Shown here piece after piece: positions 21,140 to 31,780 of a stretch of DNA of 64,000 bases. A model generated the notes under the pieces. The model made no database searches and was not told the DNA's origin. It saw only the letters and a program-made list of their open reading frames with translations. The translations under genes and the position numbers were made by a program. Origin of the DNA: Macrostomum lignano (Eukaryota); contig NIVC01001049.1 in NCBI GenBank assembly GCA_002269645.1, forward strand, positions 62,001 through 126,000, given 5' to 3'. Positions within the stretch are counted from its first letter, which is position 1; every line of letters starts with the position of its first letter.

Positions 21140-24100
21140 TCACCCTCTGCCGCTCATGCGGAACTGCACAGCCAGGACTTTTGCATCGGGGCTGCCGGCC
21201 AGGGCGGAGGATTCGGCCGGAACGGCGGTGGAGTTGAAGAGGCGGCACTCGACCTTCGATCTTGTCCGCTGCTCCACGGACAGCAGGCTGGCTGATGTGG
21301 CCGAGAAGGCTGGCTTCACGTCCTGAGCGCTGAGCTCGTTGCACCCTGCAACTGAAATTTGCAGCGGGGAGAGGCCTGTATTGATGCCACCAGAGGCGCC
21401 AGCACCAGAGGCGCCAGCACCAGAGGCGCCAGCACCAGAGGCGCCAGCACCAGAGGCGCCAGCACCAGAGGCGCCAGCACCAGAGGCGCCAGCACCAGAG
21501 GCGCCAGCACCAGAGGCGCCAGCACCAGAGGCGCCAGCACCAGAGCACCCACTACTCACCAGCGTAGACGTCAACCTCGCAGAAGTTGAAGTAGTTCTGA
21601 GTGCTGGCGGTGAGGCCTGTGCGGTTCTTGTACAGGGCCAGGTAGCGGCCGGACACCGGCTGGGAGCAGGTGAGAGGGATCGGGTTGGTGGCGTCGGTCG
21701 GCACCCCGGTCCAGTAGGAGCAGCGGATGAACAAGCTTTGGTCGAAGCTGGACCACACCGCCTGGTTGGATGATATGCCTGAGAATATCATGGGGAATTT
21801 CATCTGGTGAATTGCATTCTGGGGAATTTTATCTGGAGAATTGTGTACTCTGTGGGTCGCGCAGATTCTAAGGAATTGCATTTGTAGGAATTTTCATCTG
21901 GAATTGTATCCGGGGAAGTGCATCTGGGGGAATTGCAACTGGGGAATCGCATCTAAGGGAATTTTATCCGGGGAATTGCATCTGGGGAATCGCATCTAAG
22001 GGAATTTAATCCGCGGAATTGCATATGGGGGAATTGTATCTGGGAATTGCATCTGGGGGAATTGTGTCTGGGGAATTGTATATGGGGGAATTGTATCTGG
22101 GAATTGCATATGGGGGGAATTGTATCCGGGGAATTGCATATGGGGGAATTGTGTCTGGGGAATTGTATCCGGGGAATTGCATCTGGGGGAATTGTATCTG
22201 GGAATTGCATATGGGGGGAATTGTATCCGGGGAATTGCATATGGGGGAATTGTATCTGGGAATTGCATATGGGGGGAATTGTATCCGGGGAATTGCATAT
22301 GGGGGAATTGTGTCTGGGGAATTGTATCCGGGGAATTGCATCTGGGGGAATTGTATCTGGGTGAATCACATCCGGGTAATCGCTGACTCACCGAGGCTAA
22401 CCTGGGTGAAGCGGATCTCATCAGAGGCATCTAGACGGTTCCACACCTGGACACTAGCGATGCGGTATTCCTGTTGCAGGTCCAGCATCCACCAGGGCAC
22501 GGCGTCAGCACCAGACATTGATTGTGTCTCAATTGTCAGGTGATTGTGTCTCAGTTGTCAGGTGATTGTATCTCAGTTGTCAGGTGATTGTGTCTCAGTT
22601 GTCAGGTGATTGTGTCTCAGTTGTCAGGTGATTGTGTCTCAGTTGTCAGGTGATTGCGTCTCAGTTGTCAGGTGATTGTGTCTCAGTTGTCAGGTGATTG
22701 TATCTCAGTTGTCAGGTGATTGTGTCTCAGTTGTCAGGTGATTGTGTCTCAATTGTCAGGTGATTGCGTCTCAGTTGTCAGGTGATTGTGTCTCAGTTGT
22801 CAGGTGATTGTGTCTCAATTGTCAGGTGATTGCGTCTCAGTTGTCAGGTGATTGTGTCTCAGTTGTCAGGTGATTGTGTCTCAATTGTCAGGTGATTGCG
22901 TCTCAGTTGTCAGGTGATTGTGTCTCAATTGTCAGGTGATTGTATCTCAGTTGTCAGGTGATTGCGTCTCAGTTGTCAGGTGATTGTGTCTCAGTTGTCA
23001 GGTGATTGTATCTCAGTTGTCAGGTGATTGTGTCTCAGTTGTCAGGTGATTGTGTCTCAATTGTCAGGTGATTGCGTCTCAGTTGTCAGGTGATTGTGTC
23101 TCAGTTGTCAGGTGATTGTGTCTCAATTGTCAGGTGATTGCGTCTCAGTTGTCAGGTGATTGTGTCTCAGTTGTCAGGTGATTGTGTCTCAATTGTCAGG
23201 TGATTGCGTCTCAGTTGTCAGGTGATTGTGTCTCAGTTGTCAGGTGATTGTGTCTCAGTTGTCAGGTGATTGTGTCTCAGTTGTCAGGCGATTGTGTCTC
23301 AGTTGTCAGGTGATTGTGTCTCAGTTGTCAGGAAGTGTGTCTCAGTTGTCAGGTGATTGTGTCTCAGTTGTCAGGTGATTGTGTCTCAATTGTCAGGTGA
23401 TTGTGTCTCCAGTTGTCGGGTGATTGTGTCTCAATTGTCAGGTGATTGTGTCTCAGTTGTCAGGTGATTGTGTCTCAGTTGTCAGGTGATTGTGTCTCAG
23501 TTGTCGGGTGATTGTGTCTCAATTGTCAGGTGATTGTGTCTCAGTTGTCAGGTGATTGTGTCTCAGTTGTCAGGTGATTGTGTCTCAGTTGTCAGGTGAT
23601 TGTGTCTCAGTTGTCAGGTGATTGTCTCAGTTGTCAGGTGATTGTGTCTCAATTGTCAGGCGATTGTATCTCAGTTGTCAGGTGATTGTGTCTCAATTGT
23701 CAGGTGATTGCGTCTCAGTTGTCAGGTGATTGTGTCTCAGTTGTCAGGTGATTGTGTCTCAGTTGTCAGGTGATTGCGTCTCAGTTGTCAGGTGATTGTG
23801 TCTCAGTTGTCAGGTGATTGTGTCTCAATTGTCAGGTGATTGCGTCTCAGTTGTCAGGTGATTGTGTCTCAGTTGTCAGGTGATTGTGTCTCAGTTGTCA
23901 GGTGATTGTGTCTCAGTTGTCAGGCGATTGTGTCTCAGTTGTCAGGTGATTGTGTCTCAGTTGTCAGGAAGTGTGTCTCAGTTGTCAGGTGATTGTGTCT
24001 CAGTTGTCAGGTGATTGTGTCTCAATTGTCAGGTGATTGTGTCTCCAGTTGTCGGGTGATTGTGTCTCAATTGTCAGGTGATTGTGTCTCAGTTGTCAGG

Positions 24101-24797
24101 TGATTGTGTCTCAGTTGTCAGGTGATTGTGTCTCAGTTGTCGGGTGATTGTGTCTCAATTGTCAGGTGATTGTGTCTCAGTTGTCAGGTGATTGTGTCTC
24201 AGTTGTCAGGTGATTGTGTCTCAGTTGTCAGGTGATTGTGTCTCAGTTGTCAGGTGATTGTCTCAGTTGTCAGGTGATTGTGTCTCAATTGTCAGGCGAT
24301 TGTATCTCAGTTGTCAGGTGATTGTGTCTCAGTTGTCAGGTGATTGTGTCTCAGTTGTCAGGTGATTGTGTCTCAGTTGTCAGGTGATTGTCTCAGTTGT
24401 CAGGTGATTGTGTCTCAATTGTCAGGCGATTGTATCTCAGTTGTCAGGTGATTGTGTCTCAGTTGTCAGGTGATTGTGTCTCAGTTGTCAGGTGATTGTG
24501 TCTCAGTTGTCAGGTGATTGTGTCTCAGTTGTCAGGTGATTGTCTCAGTTGTCAGGTGATTGTGTCTCAATTGTCAGGCGATTGTATCTCAGTTGTCAGG
24601 TGATTGTGTCTCAGTTGTCAGGTGATTGTGTCTCAATTGTCAGGTGATTGTGTCTCAGTTGTTAGGTGATTGTGTCTCAATTGTCAGGCGATTGTGTCTC
24701 AGTTGTGAGGTGATTTCTGAAAGTGATGAAGTTCAATCTCACCTCCCAAGCAGCCACAGGAGCTCAGAATGACTAGAAGCGCCGCTTGTTTTTCCAT
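21140..24797 (-). CDS. Secreted F-type lectin (fucolectin / F5-8 type C) gene, apparently interrupted
   Basis: Exon 24743-24797 is a signal peptide (MEKQAALLVILSSCGCLG|GTGAGA). Exon about 22392-22525 reads PWWMLDLQQEYRIASVQVWNRLD|GTGAGT. Exon 21560-21778 reads RCSYW..TC.QPVSGRYL..NFCEVDVY|GTGAGT. Last exon is 21140-21375. Splice phases of the last three exons agree. Confidence 0.8.
21388..21545. repeat. 15-bp intronic repeat
   Basis: Unit CCAGAGGCGCCAGCA, 10-11 copies. Confidence 0.95.
21880..22362. repeat. GGGGAATTG(C/T)AT composite intronic repeat
   Basis: Seen directly in the lectin intron. Confidence 0.9.
22520..24712. repeat. 22-bp satellite, about 100 copies
   Basis: Unit ATTGTGTCTCAGTTGTCAGGTG. 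Confidence 0.95.
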
Positions 24798-25167
24798 TTC
24801 CAGTCAGAACCTCGTTGCGCGTGGTTGGCAGTGGGCTTCAGAATCCGGGAGGGCAGGCCGATGAGGCAAGGAGGGCGGCAGTCTGTTTAAGTCCACACCG
24901 GCCATAGCAACAGCAACCGATGGAGAGCTGGCCAATAGCAGGAGAGCGGAGTGGAAACAGCAGGGATGCCTACAACTGAATCCCTAACTAGACAGTTGAA
25001 TACGTGGCCATCAGAGAATACCCCCGGCTATGAGAATACTCCTACCAGTTGATAAAAATGACTCAACTACCCAATAAACCCAATTACTGCCCGTTCCGCC
25101 GACTCCCCTGAGCAGGCACAAAAGCGCGGGGATGCGCTGGCCCTCAATGGCGTTAATTGCATTAGCA

Positions 25168-27110
25168 AAGCCAATTGAGAATCAATACCCCTGCCAATTG
25201 AGAATAAATACCCCTGCCAATTGAGAATCAATACCCCTGCCAATTGAGAATCAATACCCCTGCCAATTGAGAATCAATACCCCTGCCAATTGAGAATAAA
25301 TACCCCTGCCAATTGAGAATCAATACCCCTGCCAATTGAGAATCAATACCCCTGCCAATTGAGAATCAATACCCCTGCCAATTGAGAATAAATACCCCTG
25401 CCAATTCAGAATAAATACCCCTGCCAATTGAGAATCAATACCCCTGCCAATTGAGAATCAATACCCCTGCCAATTGAGAATAAATACCCCTGCCAATTGA
25501 GAATAAATACCCCTGCCAATTGAGAATAAATACCCCTGCCAATTGAGAATAAGTACCCCTGCCAATTGAGAATCAATACCCCTGCCAATTGAGAATCAAT
25601 ACCCCTGCCAATTGAGAATAAATACCCCTGCCAATTGAGAATCAATACCCCTGCCAATTGAGAATAAATACCCCTGCCAATTCAGAATAAATACCCCTGC
25701 CAATTGAGAATCAATACCCCTGCCAATTGAGAATCAATACCCCTGCCAATTGAGAATAAATACCCCTGCCAATTGAGAATAAATACCCCTGCCAATTGAG
25801 AATAAATACCCCTGCCAATTGAGAATAAGTACCCCTGCCAATTGAGAATCAATACCCCTGCCAATTGAGAATCAATACCCCTGCCAATTGAGAATAAATA
25901 CCCCTGCCAATTGAGAATAAATACCCCTGCCAATTGAGAATAAGTACCCCTGCCAATTGAGAATCAATACCCCTGCCAATTGAGAATCAATACCCCTGCC
26001 AATTGAGAATAAATACCCCTGCCAATTGAGAATAAATACCCCTGCCAATTGAGAATAAATACCCCTGCCAATTGAGAATAAGTACCCCTGCCAATTGAGA
26101 ATCAATACCCCTGCCAATTGAGAATCAATACCCCTGCCAATTGAGAATAAATACCCCTGCCAATTGAGAATAAATACCCCTGCCAATTGAGAATAAGTAC
26201 CCCTGCCAATTGAGAATCAATACCCCTGCCAATTGAGAATCAATACCCCTGCCAATTGAGAATAAATACCCCTGCCAATTGAGAATAAATACCCCTGCCA
26301 ATTGAGAATAAATACCCCTGCCAATTGAGAATAAGTACCCCTGCCAATTGAGAATCAATACCCCTGCCAATTGAGAATCAATACCCCTGCCAATTGAGAA
26401 TCAATACCCCTGCCAATTGAGAATAAATACCCCTGCCAATTGAGAATAAGTACCCCTGCCAATTGAGAATCAATACCCCTGCCAATTGAGAATCAATACC
26501 CCTGCCAATTGAGAATAAATACCCCTGCCAATTGAGAATAAATACCCCTGCCAATTGAGAATCAATACCCCTGCCAATTGAGAATCAATACCCCTGCCAA
26601 TTGAGAATAAGTACCCCTGCCAATTGAGAATAAATACCCCTGCCAATTGAGAATCAATACCCCTGCCAATTGACAATCAATACCCCTGCCAATTGAGAAT
26701 CAATACCCCTGCCAATTGAGAATCAATACCCCTGCCAATTGAGAATAAATACCCCTGCCAATTGAGAATAAATACCCCTGCCAATTGAGAATCAATACCC
26801 CTGCCAATTGACAATCAATACCCCTGCCAATTGAGAATCAATACCCCTGCCAATTGAGAATCAATACCCCTGCCAATTGAGAATCAATACCCCTGCCAAT
26901 TGACAATCAATACCCCTGCCAATTGAGAATCAATACCCCTGCCAATTGAGAATCAATACCCCTGCCAATTGACAATCAATACCCCTGCCAATTGAGAATC
27001 AATACCCCTGCCAATCGACAATCAATACCCCTGCCAATTTAGAATAAATACCCTTGCCAATTGAGAATAAATACCCCCTGTCAATCGAGAATAAATACCC
27101 CTGCCAATCG
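25168..27110. repeat. 23-bp satellite, about 84 copies
   Basis: Unit CCAATTGAGAAT(C/A)AATACCCCTG. Confidence 0.95.
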
Positions 27111-27353
27111 AGAATCCCCCACAGCATGAGGGGTCGCAAAAAAGAACCAAACAAAAAGCGAGACACAAAAATGCCGATTTCGCAGCCTGTGCTCAGCACA
27201 CAGGCGGTTCAAGCGAGTTCGAACTTAAGCAACTCAAGCAATTAATTATGATCAATAACTATATTGACACTGGGCGGCACGGCCACCCAGCTCTGAATAG
27301 AATAGGCAAAAACAGAAAAGCAAAATTTAAACAAATTCAAGCAGATGCGGGCC

Positions 27354-30159
27354 TCAGTCTAACAGATCCCCAGCCTCATCTCCAGACTCCTCAGCATCAT
27401 CGTCATCATCCTCATCCTCCTCGCCGCTCTCTTCATCCGCAGCTGCAGCCTCCGCCGTCGCCGCCGCCGCGTCGCCCGCCGCCTCGCCGGCGCCCAGCAG
27501 CTCCGCCAGGTCGGCCGCCTCCAGCAAGCCGGGCAGGCCGGGCCGCGCCCGCTCGAAGAAGCCGCAGACGGCGCGGCAGTCGCGCAGAAGGAGCTCGCCG
27601 GCGCGGGGATGGCCGCGGTCCGTCCAGCGGGACAGGCCGGTCAGCCACACGGAGCCGCGCCACCACAGCAGGTGGCGGCCGTCCAGGTTGCCGTGCACCA
27701 GCCTGGGATGCGGTGGGGGAATTTTGGGAATTTCTCATGCCTGGGGAATTCGGGGATTCTCATGCTTGGGAATTCGGGGATTTCTCATGCTTAGGAATTC
27801 GGGGATTTCTCATGCTTGGGAATTCGGGGATTTCTCATGCTTGGGAATTCGGGGATTTCTCATGCTTGGAGTATAATGGCAGTATTCAGCAGGCAGCCTG
27901 GGCTCGGTGAATGAGAGATCACTCCCCACCCACCTGGCCTGTCGCAGCGTGCTCCGCAGGGCAGTCACGGTCAGCTCCCAGGCCTTCATCCAGTCTGCCT
28001 CGCTCAGCAGGCCGCCTTCCAGGCAGTCGGCCAGGGAGGGCGCCGCGACGCCGTCGGCCCCGACGAGCTCCGTCAGCAGGAGGTGGCGCCGCAGCATCAG
28101 TGGGGCCGGCGAGGCGACACCCGCCCGGCGAAGTCGGCGAAGGCCGCGCAGCTCGCGCAGGCAGCGGGCGCGTGGGGAGCCGCGCGGGCTGCACGGCGCC
28201 TCCAGCTGAGACTCCGCGGACGTCGCTGCTGCCGCTGCCGCGGAGGAGAGCCGCGACCTGGAGAGCCGCCGGAAGACCTTGACGACCACATCGGGGGGCA
28301 TCGGACGGCCGCCCTTGCAGCGGGAGTTCGAGTCGCAGCGGGCGTGGATCAGCTGGAAATTGGGGCGGTTGCAGTGAGATTTGGCTATTGGGATTTGGCT
28401 ATTTGGATTTTGCTATTGGGATTTTGCTATTGAGATTTTGCTATTGAGATTTTGCTATTGAGATTTTGCTATTGGGATTTTTCTATTTGGATTTTGCTAT
28501 TGGGATCTTGCTACTGCGATCTTGCTATTGGGATTTCGCTATTGGGATGCACCAGTGGGGATGTCAGGCGGACATGAAGGCTCCCACCGCTCACCAGGCT
28601 CTGGTCGCCCACTTTCAGCACCTCGCCGACCTCCGCCAGCCGCCGGATTGTCACAAGGCGCTGCAGCAGCCGGCGGGTCCGCTCGTCCAGCTGCTGCCGC
28701 CTCTGCTGCTCCAGCTGCTCCTGCTGGCTCAGCTGCTGCTGGCTGTCCCGCTGCCTCCTGGCCGCCGACCGCCGCTCCTCCTGTGCCGCGTGCACCTTCA
28801 GGCTGTTGTAGACGCGGTTGTCCAGCTGCAGGCCGTCGGTGTCGCCGGTGCGGAAGCCGGCGTGCCCGAAGCCCGCCATTCGCTCCGCGTTGCGCCGGCC
28901 GCAGATCTCGGCGTCGTGCTTCGTCAGCAGGTCGGCGCCGCGGCCGGAGACGCCGCGCGAGTTGAAGCTGCGCGCTGGCCCGGGCGGCAGCAGCGGCGGC
29001 TCCACGGTGGTGGCCGCCGGGTCCTCCTCGGAGTCCGAGGCCGGGGCGCCCGTCGTGTCCCGGCGCAGGTGGTTGGACAGCGTCACCCGCACCTGCGGCG
29101 GGGAGAGGGGGTCTGGGGTCACCTGGGGTCATCAATGATTAGCTGGGCTGAGATAAGGTTATTACTGATTTTTTAGGTCAACTGAGGTCACTAGAGATTG
29201 TCTGGGGTCAACTGAGCTCACTAGAGATTGTCTGGAGTCAACTGAGGTCACTAGAGATTGTCTGGGATCAACTGAGGTCACTAAAGATTGTCTGGGGTCA
29301 ACTGAGCTCACTAGAGATTGTCTGGGGTCAACTGAGGTCACTAGAGATTGTCTGGGATCAACTGAGGTCACTAGAGATTGTCTGGGATCAACTGAGGTCA
29401 CTAGAGATTGTCTGGGATCAACTGAGGTCACTAGAGATTGTCTGGGGTCAACTGAGGTCACTAGAGATTGTCTGGGATCAACTGAGGTCACTAGAGATTG
29501 TCTGGGGTCAACTGAGGTCACTAGAGATTGTCTGGGGTCAACTGAGGTCACTAGAGATTGTCTGGGATCAACTGAGGTCACTAGAGATTGTCTGGGGTCA
29601 ACTGAGGTCACTAGAGATTGTCTGGTAACAACTGAGGTCACTAGAGATTGTCTGGGGTCAACTGAGGTCACTAGATGTAAGAGAATCTAAGAGAATGCCT
29701 GCGTCAGCCCTTAAACCATGCCAATATTCCCAAGCAGCCCATCCAGTCAGCCAGCAATTTGACTCTCACCTTCTGGTTGCCGTTCAGCTTGGCCTCGCTG
29801 AGTCGCACCTGTCTGTCAAACTCCCTGTCAAATTCCTGCTGCAGCATCAGCGCCAGCACAAAGTCACTGTCAGACTCGCCGCCCTGACCAGCCGGACTCG
29901 AACTCGCGACCTCGTGCTCGTCTTTTGCCAGCCGACTTTCTTCACCATTGCCGCTTTGAACCTCGACTGGTGCCAGAGCCTGCAGCTTGGCGGCCAGCCG
30001 GAGGTCCTGGCGGAGCTGCTGCTCGCGCTCGTGGTCGGCCAGCTGCTCGGACATCACCGAAGCCAGCCCGGACGTCGGCGGCCGCGCCACCGCTGCCCAA
30101 CTAGCGACCGGAGGCGGCGGCGACTTGCCGCTGGACTCGGGGGTCGCCTGGCTTGAATT
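27354..30159 (-). CDS. RIOK3: RIO kinase 3-like protein, 4 exons, predicted pseudokinase
   Basis: Exons about 29770-30159, 28595-29092, 27934-28352 and 27354-27702, with GT/AG sites and matching phases. RIOK3-specific motifs: LASVMSEQLA, SDFVLALMLQQEFDREFD, TKHDAEICGRRNAERM, NRVYNSLKVHAAQEERRS, HPRAGELLLRDCRAVCGFF. Confidence 0.9.
27715..27870. repeat. 25-bp intronic repeat
   Basis: Unit GGGGATTTCTCATGCTTGGGAATTC. Confidence 0.9.
28375..28550. repeat. 14-bp intronic repeat
   Basis: Unit CTATTG(A/G)GATTTTG. Confidence 0.9.
29165..29675. repeat. 30-bp intronic repeat
   Basis: Unit GGTCAACTGAGGTCACTAGAGATTGTCTGG. Confidence 0.95.
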
Positions 30160-30929
30160 CTGCAGAAATGTGGCCGGCCCCGCAGCTGGTGACACTTGCC
30201 GATATGTATCGAAAATAACTTTGCTGATTAAAAATTCCTAAACTACTGAAATCGGACTAACATGAGTAGTATACAAAATAAAAGAAGGCGGCGAATGAAG
30301 CAATTATTTAGCGAATAATAGGATTTATTGTCCGGACAATTTCAAGCAAAACAACGGAAAGAAAATCGCGTGGGAACGCGGATAAGTTAATAAAATAAAA
30401 TCGGATTTCGATTGCACTTAGTTTTGCTTTACTGTCAGTAGGCGAAGCGAATATTGCAGACAAAATGTGTTTGACTAAAATAAAAATGACGCAATAGGCG
30501 CGCTAAGCAATATTAATTAGTAACAATGGTAAAAATAAATTAAATAGATGGCATTCAATGCTGCATTACCGGTAATTTGGTAAATTTACACGATTCAGAA
30601 GATGGAGAGTTTCAGACTCACAGGTAAAAGCACTGAGACAACACCGACAGCATGCAGAGAGATTCATCCGCAGAGTGAAACAGGACTAGTGGAAAAGATT
30701 TGCGGCTAGAAGTGCAAGGTAAATAATTACATAGTAACATAGGTAATAAATATTGAACTAATGAGCCACAACAGAAATAATAGTATGATTATACATCGAA
30801 ATCATTTTAACATGCAGCATAATGCAGGCGTAGAAAATCTGACAGTGTGGCCAGGAAAATTCATAAGGAATTTACAAAGCGATGAAAAACATCGATTAAC
30901 AGGTAAAATAGGTCAGCATGCTAATAGGC

Positions 30930-31575
30930 TAATTCAGTATCTAATTGACAGTCTAATAGGCTAATTCATTATCTAATTGTCAAGCTAATAGGCTAATTCA
31001 GTATCTAATTGACAGTCTAATAGGCTAATTCAGTATCAAATTGACAGGCTAATAGGCTAATTCATTCTCTAATCGATGACATGCTAATAGGCTAATTCAT
31101 TATCTAATTGACAGTCTAATAGGCTAATTCAGTATCAAATTGACAGGCTAATAGGCTAATTCATTATCTAATTGACAGGCTAATAGGCAAATTCAGTTTC
31201 TAATTGACAGGCTAATAGGCTAATTCATTATCTAATTGACAGGCTACTAGGCTATTTCATTATCTAATTGACAGGCTAATAGGCTAATTCATTATCTAAT
31301 TGACAGTCTAATAGGCTAATTCAGTATCAAATTGACAGGTTAATAGGCTAATTCATTATCTAATTGACAGGCTAATAGGCTAATTCAGTTTCTAATTGAC
31401 AGGCTAATAGGCTAATTCAGTATCAAATTGACAGGCTAATAGGCTAATTCATTATCTAATTGACAGGCTAATAGGCTAATTCATTATCTAATTGACAGGC
31501 TAATTTAGTATCTAATTGACATGCTAATAGACTAATTCATTATTTAATTGACATGCTAATAGGCTAATTCATACT
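30930..31575. repeat. About 32-bp intergenic repeat
   Basis: Unit AATAGGCTAATTCATTATCTAATTGACAGGCT. Confidence 0.9.
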
Positions 31576-31780
31576 GTAATTGACAGTCGAATAAAATAGT
31601 TCATTACTTCATTTTTAGGCCAATGAAAAGCAAAGCTCGAGTGAAACCTGAAAGACAGCGGCGTGCATGCAAATAAAACACAAAAAGCCAAAAAAATCAG
31701 GAAAATTTGGATTAAAAACAGCTGAGTCTGAATCAACTTGGCAGGCAATTCTGCAGCCAAAGAGCCAGTCAAAATGAGGG

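Noticed and set aside
17815-27110. Regular short direct-repeat arrays resembling CRISPR
   Set aside because: Units are head-to-tail with no unique spacers, the context is eukaryotic, and there are no cas genes.
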